Part shown: positions 1 through 13,700 of the stretch, one piece after another
Numbering within the stretch: the first letter of the stretch is position 1
Layout of the letters: each line of letters begins with the position of its first letter
Assembly: GCA_021613535.1 (NCBI GenBank)
Contig: CP075497.1
Span: forward strand, 1,488,001 to 1,552,000
DNA: 64,000 nucleotides
Direction: 5' to 3'
DNA from: Adineta vaga
Taxonomy: Eukaryota > Animalia > Rotifera
The notes under the pieces: model-generated
Told to the model about the DNA's origin: nothing
Database searches by the model: none
The model's input: only the letters and a program-made list of their open reading frames with translations
Position numbers and translations under genes: made by a program

Positions 1-690
1 GATATTTACTGGATAAATAAATTGAGTCAATCACACATTATGTTATATTTATATGTCGGATATTTCTGCCATCTATTATGTACATATTCAATCGGAATAA
101 AGAAATCGTTACAATCACATGTTAATCATTCAGACTACTGCGAACAGTATTTATTAATTTCAATGAATGAAGTTCATAAGCTATTTGCATGCGATAGGTA
201 AACAAAAGATTTTGTATTATTGGTTCGAATAAAAGTCATAATAACGAGAAATAATATAATAACCATCACAATAGACGATTCCGATCGAACTTAAGCATAA
301 AATATACTATTGTGTTCAGCATTGTTGAATCGTTCTACGATATATTATTAACCTTATAATCATTCTTCACTATTTGACACATTTCTAATCTATCCTACAA
401 ACATATAATAAGTTATATTTAACCAAAGGTTGTTTTTTTAAAAAACTATTATTGTAAATCAACACAAAGACTTATTCTAAGACAACGTTGATTGAATGAA
501 AAGGATAAACAACAGATGTGACTACAAGGTCGCTCATCATTGTAAAAAAATAATACTTTTCAAACTATCGATAAACGATTGACAAGAAAAGGAAGAAGAA
601 AACGAAGAGAAATGCAACAGCTGCTTACGGATACTTCGTCTAAGCATTCATTTCTATTACTTATATTTTATATTTGCGGTAAGACGAACA

Positions 691-2465
691 ATGGATGGAG
701 AAAACGATGAACTATTTGATTCCGATTCCAATAACTATCAATACGATATTCAACAAGCAAACAATGAGGTAAATGATAAAAATAGATTCTTAAAAAAAAG
801 CAAACATTATCTAAACTAGACAACAAGAAGATCAGCAATGACTAGTTCAATTATGGATACAACTTCACCTAATCTAACACCTGATAGACATGGAGTACGT
901 GTTAATTTTCCTTCTTCATTTAATAATGATCGACTTTCACCAATCACACAAACAACTATTATTAAAGGTGAACCTTATTTTAAGGTAATGGCAACGGAAG
1001 ATGAAGTTACAAAACATTTTTATCATAATAAACTACGAACTAATTCGAAAGAAAGAATTCCAAGTGAAGTAGATAGCTTAGAAAATGATTATTCTTCAAA
1101 TTCATTTGTAAGTTATTCAATTAAAAAACGAAATTCTTTCTTAATTTAGTATTCATTTAGAAAGAGAAACAAACTATGTCTACTTCATCTTCACCAATAA
1201 AATCAATTCTAAAGAAACCTCAAAAGAAACGGGAAGAAAATTTTTCAATGCAAAGAACAGATCGTCCTTTGTCTCCATGTCTTTCTTCTTGTTCATCGTT
1301 ACAGAAGAAAGAAAACTCTTTAAAACGTCTTGATTCTAATGAAGTTCCACATCTTGCTGATATAACAGCGAAACAGAATTCTTCTTCCTTATCATCTATT
1401 TATCCTCATTCACTTTTCAGTCAAACAATGAATATATTCGATCCAGATAATTCTTATGCAATATCATCAAGAAATCAAGGACGTTCATCACGACTTCAAT
1501 ATTACATTAAACCATATCGAGGAGAACCTTATCTTCCAACAAAACAACGATCAAGATCACTTTCACGAAATCGATTAACTCAAACATCGACACCATTAAC
1601 TCTTTATTCATCTAATCAATCCATTCAACCATCAACACGACAATCAATAAGAAAACAACAAGTTTCTTGGTCACCCTCAAGACAATGTACTGCTCATCAT
1701 GAAATAAAGAATAACAAAATTCCCATACCTAAAAAAAGGTAATTCATATCTTCAACATTTAATTCATTAGAAATTTCAAATTAATTTAGAAAAAATCCTC
1801 AATCCAGTCCAACTGATAATCTATCTACTTTAAATAATTATTCATCAGTCGTATCAATTCCAATTCGTTTTCGAAAATCTCAATCAACTCAATTTCCATC
1901 TCCATCATCATCATATACAGATTCATATTCTTTTCCTCAACATTCATTAACAACATATCGACCGTTATTACAAATAAGTTATAGAAAGGAAGAGGAAGAA
2001 AAATATTCGAAAAAAACTTATTTTTATAATCAAGAAAAACGACATGATGAAACAATTGAACGATACAATCATTTATTAGAACGAATGCGCATAACAGATA
2101 CTGAACTTCAATCATTATCTCGATCATGGATAAATCCGATGAATAATAATATTCAAGAACGAAGATCTGTCAGTAATAACGATTTATTTTATCCTGAAGT
2201 TTTAGAAACTTACAAAATCGAATTTTTCAATGGTTAATTTCAGATTGAAAGAAAACCTGATCAATCCAATCAATTATTAAAGAAAACAAATGAAAAAAAG
2301 AACGAATTTTTTACACCTATGGTTCTTCAATTATGTCTCATTATTTTGATTATTTGTAATTTAATTGTTGTTTATTTCTTTAATGAAATAAACAATTGGT
2401 GGAATGAAAATATAGCACCAGCATTAACTTTTGAACAATCGAATGAAAATAATTTCAATTTTTAA
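691..2465 (+). CDS. Multi-exon gene, Ser/Arg-rich low-complexity protein with a C-terminal transmembrane helix (tail-anchored); function unknown
   Basis: ORFs 838-1149 and 1176-1742 and later segments are joined by short GT-AG introns; the last exon encodes MVLQLCLIILIICNLIVVYFF then TAA at 2463-2465. The start codon is uncertain. Confidence 0.6.
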
Positions 2466-2879
2466 ATTATTATTTCTATCATTTTTTAAAAGAAGTAGGT
2501 TGAAAAAGAAAATTCAGTGAGTTTATTTTCGATTTCTTCGTTGTTATTATTATTTTTATTTTAGTTGTTTTTAAATTCTCAAGAAGAAATCTGTTGTTCG
2601 ATTTTTCTTAATGATATCTACTTCTATTTATCTTATTATTTATTATTTAATTTAAAAAAAAACATTATTGAACATGAGCATTTTTTGTTAATTCCTTTTT
2701 CTTGTTAATCAATAATACATTTCTTTATTTTCTTTTCATTGAAACTCATTAATTTATATATTTCAAGCTAAATCTTGTTTTAGTGTTTTTCTATTTCATC
2801 AATGTCTTCGAAACTGACTATGAATTTCTATCCACTAAAATACGTTCTTCAATGTTTCAGAAATAGACGAAATCAAGAA

Positions 2880-3198
2880 TTATTCAGCATCTTGAGGGTG
2901 GGATGTGGGTGAGGGTGTTGGAAGGCAAAGAGCAATGTGAGGTTGACTTGGGCCCCTCTATCGCACTGGACACACGAAAAGCGTTCTCAGCGGGAAAGAC
3001 ACCGATTGATAACGATCTGCAAAGCATCTACACCATATAACTTAAATGCACATTTATAATAGTCGACGATACCTTATGTTAGGATATTTCTGGAATTCAA
3101 TACTTTAAAATTCGAGTACTCAAATTCTAAACTGAAACTTTAGAAGTTGAAGAAGTTTAATACTCGAATCGAATTAACGATTTCTACACTACTCCTCG
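2880..3198 (-). repeat. Copy of a dispersed repeat family carrying telomere-like GGGTGT/ACACCC motifs
   Basis: The reverse complement of 3139-3198 (gaggagtagtgtagaaatcgttaattcgattcgagtattaaacttcttcaacttctaaa) matches the copies at 6773 and 55447; a gagggtgggatgtgggtgagggtg tract lies at 2894-2917. Confidence 0.7.
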
Positions 3199-3399
3199 TG
3201 TAATACAGAATCGATTTAATCTACCAATTCTTCCTCAAATTTCGACGAAATCAAATGGTTTTATCTTGACTCATCAACTGTCAAATCTATTTTATGTCCA
3301 GCTGAATATCCCAGCTTATATGGACTCGATTTGTATAAGATGGGAGACAAATCAGCTAGAATTCTTTTTCATGGCAAGTAAATATCAATACAACTATTA

Positions 3400-4691
3400 T
3401 GATTATCATCATCACCACAAGAGTCTTAATTTAACTGAGATATTGTAAAACAAATAAAAGAATTTGAAGAAGTTCATAGTTTTGTCCTTTATTATATTTA
3501 GATACAAGATTCTCTGATATCTTTAAGAATCAGATTACACAATTGATTATTGAAATTGATCCGAGTAAAAATGAAATATGGATAATGGAAAGTATATGTA
3601 ATCTTATATTTTCGAAAGTAACTCATTTGACATTTTATAAAACATCGTATGAAGATCTTGTTCGATTATTTTTCGATCTTCCATCCGGGAAGTTATCTTC
3701 TTCAACTCTTACCGCGTTGAACATTCAAGTTCGTACATTCTATGTCGAATTGACTAGAATTTTTCAACTCAACGAACCAATTTCAGAACCAGTTAGTTCT
3801 ACAACATAAAGTTATTTAGATTTTTTAAAATTTTTTCTAGAAAAAAATACCGAATTTGAAGTTCTTTTCGTTGTCATGTCTTCTGGAAGTGTACAACTAC
3901 GATGAGTTAGTTTTACCACTTCTTTATCGAATGACAAATTTAGAAGAACATAGATTGTATCTTTCAATCGATGTTGTTCAAAGATTTATTGATGGAAATA
4001 ATTTAAAAGAAACGATTCTTCACAACATATCATCTTTAAATCAATTTTCATTTCATATTTGTTCTACTTTATTTATCAATAATCAAATGAATTTATCATC
4101 AAATCAAGATATTCAAGAGACATTCATAGATTTTCAGAAAAATCAAATTATATCGTATATTGATTATTTTCCTCAAAGAAATCAAGGACAATATCATATA
4201 CGTTCATATCCATTTCTAATGAAATTTTACCATGATATAACAAATCATTTTCTTGGTGGAATATATATCTATATGTTCGTATGATATCATTATATGATGA
4301 AAAACCGTTAGAACATGAATTTTTTATTCGAATTCTAAAATCTTTTCCATTGTTATAAAAATTAACTTAAAATAATCATTATGCACAAAATCAGAAAAAT
4401 TCCAATCAATTATCAATTGTTAAATACTGTCACCTTACGTATATTGATATGAATGGAGTTCATGATGATTATATCGAAGAATTTATCTGTGATACAAAAA
4501 CATTCTTAAAGAATAATATTACTCTTAGAATCGATTTTCGATCTTTATTTAGAGTAACAGAGAATTGTATAAGAAATGATATGCGAATTAATTGTTCGAA
4601 AATAAATAGAATAGCTTTGTTTGGAATAGAAAATTATTTTCCTTCTGCAAAAATTGTTGATATATCATCAATAGTTATTTTCGTAAAATAA
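3400..4691 (+). pseudogene. Degenerate member of a lineage-expanded F-box/LRR-like family
   Basis: Fragments YDELVLPLLYRMTNLEE.LYL, FIDGNNLK and HDDYIEEF are broken by frameshifts and stops; homologous to the fragment at 25152-25355. Confidence 0.55.
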
Positions 4692-4922
4692 TTTATTTGA
4701 TTTTTTTTACTCAATAAATTATTCTTTGAGAACGTGACGAATATTTTCTTTATTGAAATAAAAACTTACAGGAAACAATCTGATAAAAATTTCCGACTAA
4801 TGATTGATTCACTTTTTTTTTATTTGTAAATAATTGAAAATAATCAATAAATTATGTGAGTCATTTTATGAAAAAATATATTTGATCTTTTCTTGCGTAA
4901 TGAGAAAATATGAGGGAATCAT

Positions 4923-5200
4923 TTATCTTGCTGCTTTTGTCATTTGTGTCGTTTGAATTGGATCAACCCATCGTGTTATGTCCCACGGTGCTACGGAATG
5001 TGATGGAGGTTCTAGAAAAGTTTCTTTTGTATTCAAATTTACTAAAAACAAAATTTTACTTGCACGTATAACAGGTTGCGCTCGATGAGCGGGTGCAGCA
5101 TTTGCATGTCTTTGAGGATGACTATTGAAAATCAATATGAAAATATTAATGAAAAACGATAAAGAACTATTTACTGATTTGCACGTTGACCACGAACCAT
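4923..5200 (-). CDS. Small two-exon protein (~74 aa), unknown; LVNLNTKETFLEPP resembles half of a WW domain
   Basis: ATG at 5200 (MVRGQRAN), then a phase-2 intron of ~50 nt that joins in frame to ORF 4923-5135. Confidence 0.4.
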
Positions 5201-5804
5201 TGGTTTTCCAAAAAACATTCTATAATCCATTTTTTTCAATGAAGATTCTTTTCTCTATGAATTACGTCAATGATGTGTCTAAAATACGTAATAGAAGAAA
5301 AAGAAAAACATCGACAGACATATTTATATCACACCTGATCAATCATTCAAGCGGAACAATATTTCATGCTGATTTTTGTCTCCTGTCAAACCAATCAGAA
5401 AAAAGATTTCTTATTAAAATGATTCCTTTCAAATTAATTTCTTCAAATATTTTTTGTTTGATGAAAAATATTTATCAAATAATTATTGAAAAAGAAAAAT
5501 TCTCGAATCAATAACATTCTTTCATATCAATAGCGTCATAAAACGTGTTTATGATGTAATTAAATGACAGTACCTTTTTCTTCTGGTCATAATTGTGAAA
5601 ATACCAACTAATATGTAATTATACACAAATATTCATGGATTCTTTTCGATAAATATTGAATAGAAGGAAGTGCAATATATCATCATTTTCTTCGATTTAA
5701 AGTAATGATAATTATCTCAACTCGAGGAAGTTTCAAAGATGTATATAAAATCAAATCAATATAGTCTTTCTTTTATTTTTTAATCTTTAATAAAATAGAA
5801 TTTA

Positions 5805-6446
5805 TTAAACTCCTATACAACCAACTTTCATATTTGGTGAACAATTCATTCCATTTGTATTCGATTGTTTAATATAATGCATTGAAAAGAAATCATTTTG
5901 AATCCAAAAGAATTTACTCAAAGCAAGAGCAGCTAATTTTTTCGTTTCATTATTAATTTGTTGATTTGAAAGAACAACATCAAGAAGAATATGTTCAATA
6001 TAACCAAAGAGAATATTAATATGAATAAAATCAACATCAATTGAATGTGAACCAGCCATTTTCGTATGAATTTTACCAACATAGGATAAATATTCAAGAA
6101 ATGCATCATTCCAAACTTTTTGTCGAAGGATTCTTTTTAGATATTTCGCCAAACTTATTCGACGAAAACACATTTGTTCGGATTGTAATGTTAACTCAGA
6201 TTCATTGATTGTAACTGTGCCATTATATCCAAAATGACGCATAAGAAAGTATCGTTTTGTAATATCGAAATCTAACAGTCGTTGAAATATTTTATCAACA
6301 ATTGTTGGAACTAACTCAGCAGCCATTTTGCCAAGAACATTAAGTATTGCAATATCATCAGTTGTAAAGTTAATAAATTTTGATAAATATTCGAAACGAT
6401 AACGAAGATTTGTTTGAACACCTCTGTTATCAATATGTTGCGTCAT
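5805..6446 (-). CDS. Protoglobin / globin-sensor-domain protein, copy 1, intronless, ending in CaaX (CIGV)
   Basis: Motifs RFEYLSKFINFTTDD, YLSYVGKIHT and IDVDFIHIN..GYI, ALSKFFWIQND are typical of stand-alone protoglobins of bacterial/fungal type. Confidence 0.85.
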   Translation of the reverse strand: MTQHIDNRGVQTNLRYRFEYLSKFINFTTDDIAILNVLGKMAAELVPTIVDKIFQRLLDFDITKRYFLMRHFGYNGTVTINESELTLQSEQMCFRRISLAKYLKRILRQKVWNDAFLEYLSYVGKIHTKMAGSHSIDVDFIHINILFGYIEHILLDVVLSNQQINNETKKLAALALSKFFWIQNDFFSMHYIKQSNTNGMNCSPNMKVGCIGV

Positions 6447-6772
6447 ATTTATATGAATATTATTTTGATATTATCATTCTCTGATTATCTGAATGATTCT
6501 CTTGTTTATAACGACTTTGAAATCTTTCATTTCCTTTTCTTTTTCTTTTCATTTATTCGAGCGGAAAAAGATTCATTGACTCTTTTCTTTTAACAGCAAA
6601 ATGTGATTAACAGAAGTGGAAAATATATACTTAAACGAATTATTTTAAACTGAAAATAACCTTTGGAATACTTTTCCCATGGAATTAAATTTGCTTGAGA
6701 TTCCTTTCATAATGAACTCAATTTATTATTCTTATCTTTTTCATATATTCATGTCAAACATTTCGTTCAATC

Positions 6773-6905
6773 GGAGTAGTGTAGAAATCGTTAATTCGAT
6801 TCAAGTATTAAACTTCTTCTTCTACTTCTAAATTTTGATGGTTTCGGTGTGGGTGTAGATGATTAGCTAGTGTTCACCCACACCCACACCCACACCCACA
6901 CCCAG
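6773..6905 (+). repeat. Dispersed element with a (CCCACA)4 telomeric-type tract
   Basis: Similar to 55447-55590; contains ggtgtgggtgtagatgattagctagtgttca followed by cccacacccacacccacacccacaccca. Confidence 0.8.
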
Positions 6906-8061
6906 ATGTATTCATCTACATATTAGATAATTTATTCTTTGTATACGTATATATTACCGTCGAAATTACATGCTACGGTATAAATATGCCTTCGAGTGAT
7001 CCAGCAACAGCGTTTAGTTTGGTCTTTAGCATATTGGACGAGGATTTTAAAACGTTCGCACATGAAATTTGGATACTTTCATCATATGTGTACCGCAAGT
7101 GACCAACCTTTTGATGAAAATTTTAATGAAACTCGCAAAGATTTAAGATATTCTTTATCTTTATAAAAAAAAGATCTTTTCTAGTTTATTTGTTTTTGTT
7201 CTCGTTTATTTTCATTACAGCTCGATTTTTCTTGTGAAATAAATCATGATATTATAAAAATAAATTTTCAGAAGGTGATGATGTTGATCATGATCAACAA
7301 ATTAAAACTTATCATAACGATCGTCTTGAAGAATATTCACTTTTATCTAAACAAGACTTTTTTACTTTAGCTGAACGTAATAAAGCCGTTATTCATCATA
7401 CAATTAATAAATGTTTAAAAGAAATAATGAAAATCAAGATCATATACTGAGAAATCAAATCTTGATAAATTTAAAATAAATACGTTATCTGATGCTTTAG
7501 AAACTTTCTTTTCTTTCTTTTGTGTCATTAGAAATATAAACTATCTCTTATTTCTCTTCTTCTTCTTCTTGTTCACTTCTTCGTTTTTCGAGCGGAAGAA
7601 GATTCATTGACTTTTTCTTTAGCGGAGATGATCTTCGAAATACTTCTATTGTTGAAACAATCATTTTCTTTAAATTTCTTTCGTAATGAGAAGCTTTAAT
7701 CAAGTCAATTTATTGTTGTTATATTCGTGACAGACATTTCCTTTAACCATGAGATATATTTTAGTAATGAAGTTTTTTTTTGTCTAGAAGATTTTCGAAT
7801 GAAATTTTCCAATTTAAATAAAATCTAGCTGTTATTTTGAGAAATTATAATCTAATCTCTCATAGTATTTCACTTACACTTAATTTATTCTCCTTGATTC
7901 ATTTATGAATAATATATATATTTACGATCAAAAACAAGGATGTACATAAGAAAAACAATGAATAATACAAGTCTGTTGTTTTCTGATTTAATTCATCTCG
8001 ACATGAAATCATTTTCAAACTATATTTGACTTTTTCATCACAAACTTCTCCAAATATTGAT

Positions 8062-8706
8062 TTAAATTCCTAAACAACCAACTTTCCTATTTGGTAAGCA
8101 ACATTTCATTCCATTTGTATTTGATTGTTCTGTATAATGCATTGAAAAGAAATCATTTTGAATCCAAAAGAATTTGTTTAATGTAAGAACAGCCGATTTT
8201 TTTGTTTCATTATCGATTTGTTGATTTGAAAGAACAACATCAAGAAGAATATGTTCAATATAACTAAATGATATATTAATATGAATAAAATCAACATCAA
8301 TTGAATGTGAACCAGCCATTTTCGTATGAATTTTACCAACATAGGATAAATATTCAAGAAATGCATCATTCCAAACTTTTTGTCGAAGAATTCTTTTCAA
8401 GTATTTTGTCATGCTTGTTCGACGAAAGCACATTTGTTCGGATTGTAATGTTAACTCAGATTCATTGACTGTAACTGTGCCATTATATCCAAAATGACGC
8501 ATAAGAAAGTATCGTTTTGTAATATCGAAATCAAGAAATTTTTGAAAGATTTGATCAACTATATCTGGTAATATTGGAGCTGTAAGTTTACCAATAGTAT
8601 TTAGTATAGCAATATCATTCGTAGTAAAATTAATAAATTTTGATAAATACTCGAAACGATAGCGAAGATTATTTTCTACTAATTTATGATCAATGTGTTG
8701 AGCCAT
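8062..8706 (-). CDS. Protoglobin copy 2, intronless, ending in CaaX (CLGI)
   Basis: Paralog of 5805-6446; the likely start is the ATG at 8706 (MAQHID), aligning with MTQHID of copy 1. Confidence 0.85.
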   Translation of the reverse strand: MAQHIDHKLVENNLRYRFEYLSKFINFTTNDIAILNTIGKLTAPILPDIVDQIFQKFLDFDITKRYFLMRHFGYNGTVTVNESELTLQSEQMCFRRTSMTKYLKRILRQKVWNDAFLEYLSYVGKIHTKMAGSHSIDVDFIHINISFSYIEHILLDVVLSNQQIDNETKKSAVLTLNKFFWIQNDFFSMHYTEQSNTNGMKCCLPNRKVGCLGI

Positions 8707-9380
8707 TACATATAAGAAGGTTCTTCGTTTTTTTCTAGGCGTCAATAATTATATATGAAATGTAGAAAGAACAAAGTACCGGGTAGGAAGTAAATAAATC
8801 GTCCAGACTAAACAGAGTGAAGACGAACATGGGCATTATTTCCGGTTGATGGCGAGAGAAAATTTATACTATAGAAATAAAATCAAAGTTTCTTATTCTT
8901 TTTTTTGATTGATGTTAGTAAAAAGAAGAAAAAGATTCTAATTTAACATTCTTTTTCTTTCTTTGAAAAAGAGAAATAGATGGATGCTTTGATAATTTTG
9001 CCAGAAGAATCCAAAGATGAAATTTAACGATAACTAATAATTTATTCGAGATTTTATCTATGAAATTTTAATGAAAAGATCAAATGTACTTGTCATATAT
9101 TCTTTTGAAATGGTGTAACAATGCATGAGTAATAATTTACTCATGTTTATCTCTTTTTTTACTATTCTTTAATGATAATAATTTTCGTCTGATATTTATA
9201 CGGAGTTTTTTATTCATGTATCGATTGAGTTTGGTTATAAATGAGAAAATATAGATCGAAGATACAAGTTTTTCATTTTAATTTACTACTTTCATTGTTT
9301 ATTTCATATTGATCATGATATGATTGCCATAAATCATTTTATTTTAGCATATAAATAATCAAACAAGAAATAATAGTCCT

Positions 9381-9948
9381 TTAACCTTTTCGAAATTTGT
9401 ATTGAAGAGTATTTTTGTTAATACCAGCCTTCATATGAGCAGTCCATCCGTTTTCCAGTTTAAATGTTTTTTCGTGTACTTTATCGGAAAGTGCAGCCCA
9501 TTGATCAATACGCATTGAGAAAGCTGGTTTTCCTCGAAAACGAAATTTCATCGTACTCATTGCACTTCGACTCTTCGCATTAATTTCTTGTCGGCGCTTG
9601 ACTGATTTATAGCGTGGAATAACAACGCGTTGAAATGTATGATCTGGACGTGATTTACCATCCCAATCATAATTATCTACTTCAGAAACTTCAATTTGCA
9701 ATCCACCATTTGAATCGTTGATTAATTCAAGATATGTTGCATGTGATTTTCCCATATGTTTAATATTATCATGAATAGCTTTGAGTATAGGTGTAGCAAG
9801 AGAAGCGATTGCTGGAACAACAGCCCATGCTGCTTCAATATCTTAAATAGGAAAAATCAGATGTTGAATTTCTCTTAATAATAAATTACATACTTTGAAC
9901 AATAATGCTCGTAAATACAATGATAAAAATAATGTATATTGATTTCAT
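9381..9948 (-). CDS. Secreted two-exon protein: signal peptide, amphipathic helix, beta-rich domain with a VDNYDWDG.SRPDH motif
   Basis: ATG at 9948 (MKSIYIIFIIVFTSIIVQ), intron ~9844-9893, exon 2 in frame with ORF 9381-9755; TATA-like gtataaat ~45 nt upstream. Confidence 0.75.
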
Positions 9949-10722
9949 GTTTTGAGATTAAGAATGATAATTGGTCCTAGTTCTAATGCTATTTATACTG
10001 CTTATAAGAGATATCAACAGTGGGTGGCGAAGAGAAAAGAATTTTGTCTGCATTATGTTAACAGATATGAGAAGGCGAAATATTTATAGAAATCACGTAC
10101 TGAATAATCCTTGAAACGAATAGACAAAAAAAGAACAATCTCTCAATTGACGCTCTTGATGGTTGACCTAGTACAGACGAAAAATGTTTTCTATCTTTCT
10201 TTATATCATGATCTTATATCTTTTCTTGAATATATATAACTTATTCATACACGATAAATGTTCTTGCTAAATCTAATGAAGAATTACTCATTATTAGTAG
10301 GACTGTTTTAAACTGAAATGTATTTTTGTTGTTATCAAGATTATGAAACAAGAACAAACAATAGATAGACAATAACGATTTTTGCAATTAAATTAAACCT
10401 AACCCATGAAATTCTCAACACAATATATAATCAATCCAGGTTTCATGAGGAGGAACAGAAGTATATGTATTCATTTTTGCTGACGTAGTGCTCTATAACC
10501 TGTTGGCATACGATAGTAATAGGTCATCACCATCTTGAGGGTGGAGGTAAGTGTGAGAGTGAGGATAGTATTTTTATACATCAATCTCACTCTCAGTAAT
10601 ATCCTCACATTGACACTCTTGACTGTTTTTTTATTTCTTGATTTTCAGAATAAAGTCTAAATATAATTAAAAAACAAGTCATTTATCATCCGATTGCGAT
10701 TGTATTGTTTTCGTTTCTTGTT

Positions 10723-13700
10723 TTATACGATGTTCGCTATTTTGTGGATTATTTGTTTTTGTATTTTGATTTTTAAATTCGTACAAAATGGTACTTGACA
10801 ATTTTGAACTAAGCAACTTTTTGCATGATACCAACAAAGAAATATAACTTGTTTACATATATTACATTGACTATTTTTTCCTTTACATTCTCTCGTATGT
10901 TGTATAACACGTTTATAACGATAACAAGGACGAGTAACACATAGAACATCTCGACAGTTAACAGCATGTAACAAGCTTTGAATACATCGTTCCATTCGCT
11001 GTTGACTTTCCAATTGTGAACTAGTCATTGATTTCTCATTTGTATCTGAACAATTTTGATCATAATTTTCAACATTTAATGGACTTGAATGTTCCATTTC
11101 ATCTTCATGTTTTGATTCGATATGATAACATTTTTCATATTGTTGTTGACATGCATTACAATTATGTGAAGATCTTTCGATTGCTGATGTATGTAATTCA
11201 TACAATAAATTCATTGTAGAAAATTTTGCACGACGTAATGACGAAAATTCTAAATGTTTATTACGAGAAAAATTTAAAAATGTCTCTCGTGTCTTCATTA
11301 AATGACATTGAATTAGAGCATCAGTATCATTGAGAGTAGGATATAAAACCATTTGATTGTATAAACGAATGACAAGAAATTCCTGAAGAAGATTTTATAG
11401 ATAAGTATAACTTTCAAAATTTAAATAACCTGTTTATATTTCCCCATTGTAGAAAGTATTTTTGACATGAGATCAGTACAATTTGACGGTTGATTTTTCT
11501 CTATTCTTTGTTGACTTAAAGCTGTTTTCATTAATTTTTCTTCCTTATGTACGTTCGAAGATTTACGTTTACCCGAATTCTACAGAAAAAACAAAAGTTA
11601 TAAATTAATTTAAATGAACTAATTCTTTCAATTCACATTTGTTGAATCTTCTGTATCATCCATTTGGTGTTCTCTTTGATCTTCTTCTTCATCAAGTTCT
11701 ATAAATATCATTAAATTTAATAGAATTTTCTAATTACCAATACTACTACAAACCTTTAATAGCTTGTTCAATTATAATCGGCCAAAAATCACCTTCAAAA
11801 TATGGAATATTATATACATTATTGTCTTGATTCTCCAAAACATCTTCCATAATGTTCTATAAATAAATAATTCTATGTCATTTCTAAATTTGTCTTATTC
11901 TTTACCTTATAATCAATCACAACATGCTCTGCAATTGCTTTAATAAGCATATCTTTAAACCAATCTCGGAATTGTTTTGGTGATAATATACGTTGTAATG
12001 ATGGATGACGATAAAATATATAATCATTTTCTTTACTTGATGGATACGCCCATATATGTACAGAAATATAACCAAGTTGTTTGATATAATCTAAATATCC
12101 AATTAAGATTTCATGATAAATATCTGTACGATAAATTTCTGGTTGAAAATAATCTAAGAAATCTATAAATGATATATAAACACGTCGTGTATTTGGTGCT
12201 TGACAACAATCATTATATTCTTGAACGTGCATACCAAAGAAAACAACATCAACGCCATCAATTTCTTGAAAAGCAAATATAGTTTTTCTTCAATATGGAT
12301 AGTCATTTATTAATACTTGATTTGAAGAATATTTTTTTAAACATGGTTTTACTTGACATATTCCATCACTTGCAGATAATACTCGAATTGTAACATGACC
12401 CGTATGACAACTTTTACTAATTAAAAAATTCTTAACACGTTGTTCTAATGTTACTTCTAGATTATTTTTTGTTAATTTTGATGCTTTGTAACGATTATCT
12501 TTACGTTCTATTTTATATTCATGTACACATGTAGGACATATAAAACCTTCTGACGATATTTGATTTAAATGTAATGCACAAATTTCATGCCAACGGCGTG
12601 AACATACAATACAATGAACTATTGCCTCCGGTTCGTTTCCATCGTTTCTAGCTGATGAGAATAATGATTTTGATATTTCAATTAATGTTTGTGTTGAATC
12701 ATTACCAACGAATATTTTATCACCTTGAACGGAATCAAAACATTGCGAACAAAACGTGTATTTATCATTAGATAAATTGGAATGTAATGATTCTGGTTTT
12801 GGATGATAATAATAATAATAGTAATTTTCATCAGGTAAAATTTGACAAGATGATTGATTTCCGTAACATAACAGATTTTGAGGCAAATAAGTATATTGTT
12901 GACCACAACAATAGCCTAACCTTTGAATAATAGGCTTGATAGCTCTAGCAAATACTTCCGAAAGTTCCGTAGACATTCTATAAATACGTGTTGTTTTCTT
13001 ATTATAAAGCCAAGCATTATTAAACATTAACCACGCATCGTCACAAAACTCTACAGGATTTTTATATTCTCCTCGTTTTAATTTATTTTGCATTGTTAAT
13101 ATATCCATTGGATGTTTAATTATCGTTGAATAATCAAGAAAATTTAATTCGATTGGATCAATTGGTAATCGAAATGGAGATGAAGCTTTAAAAGCAATCA
13201 TTGTATGTATAACAGGCTCAAGATGTACGCGTAACGCTTCTGAAGTAAACTGTATTGGATGTGTTGATTGAGTATCATTATTTGTTGAATTATTGTTTGA
13301 TATCTAAAAGTGAGAAATATTAATTATTATTGAAAAACTCCGATAAATAAAATGTCTGATATGTTATATTGGAAAAAGAAACTCGGTCTATATTTATAAA
13401 TTATTCGTTTTATTTTTTTAAAAATGTTAACTTTTAAATTTGTAGTTGATATATGTTCTTGCACATGTTTCTGTTCAAGACGGTTTTCTAATTTTTTTTA
13501 TAACTTATAAATTTTTTCGGCTAGTCTTTCAAAATACTCTTCATGACTATTTGATATTTCGAATGTTTTATTTTCTATACGTCTTGCATAATTCATTAGA
13601 CTAATCAAACGTTGATCTTTCGTCATTTTCTCATTTCTATTGACTGGTACTAGTGCAAACAAAACCTTTTGTATCAAGTGATTTCGTACTTCCTGCGTAG

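Noticed and set aside
12290-12292. UGA reassigned to an amino acid or selenocysteine
   Set aside because: Other genes here end normally in TGA (CAMKMT, cathepsin), the CBP copy also has a TAA, and the position is Arg rather than Cys.
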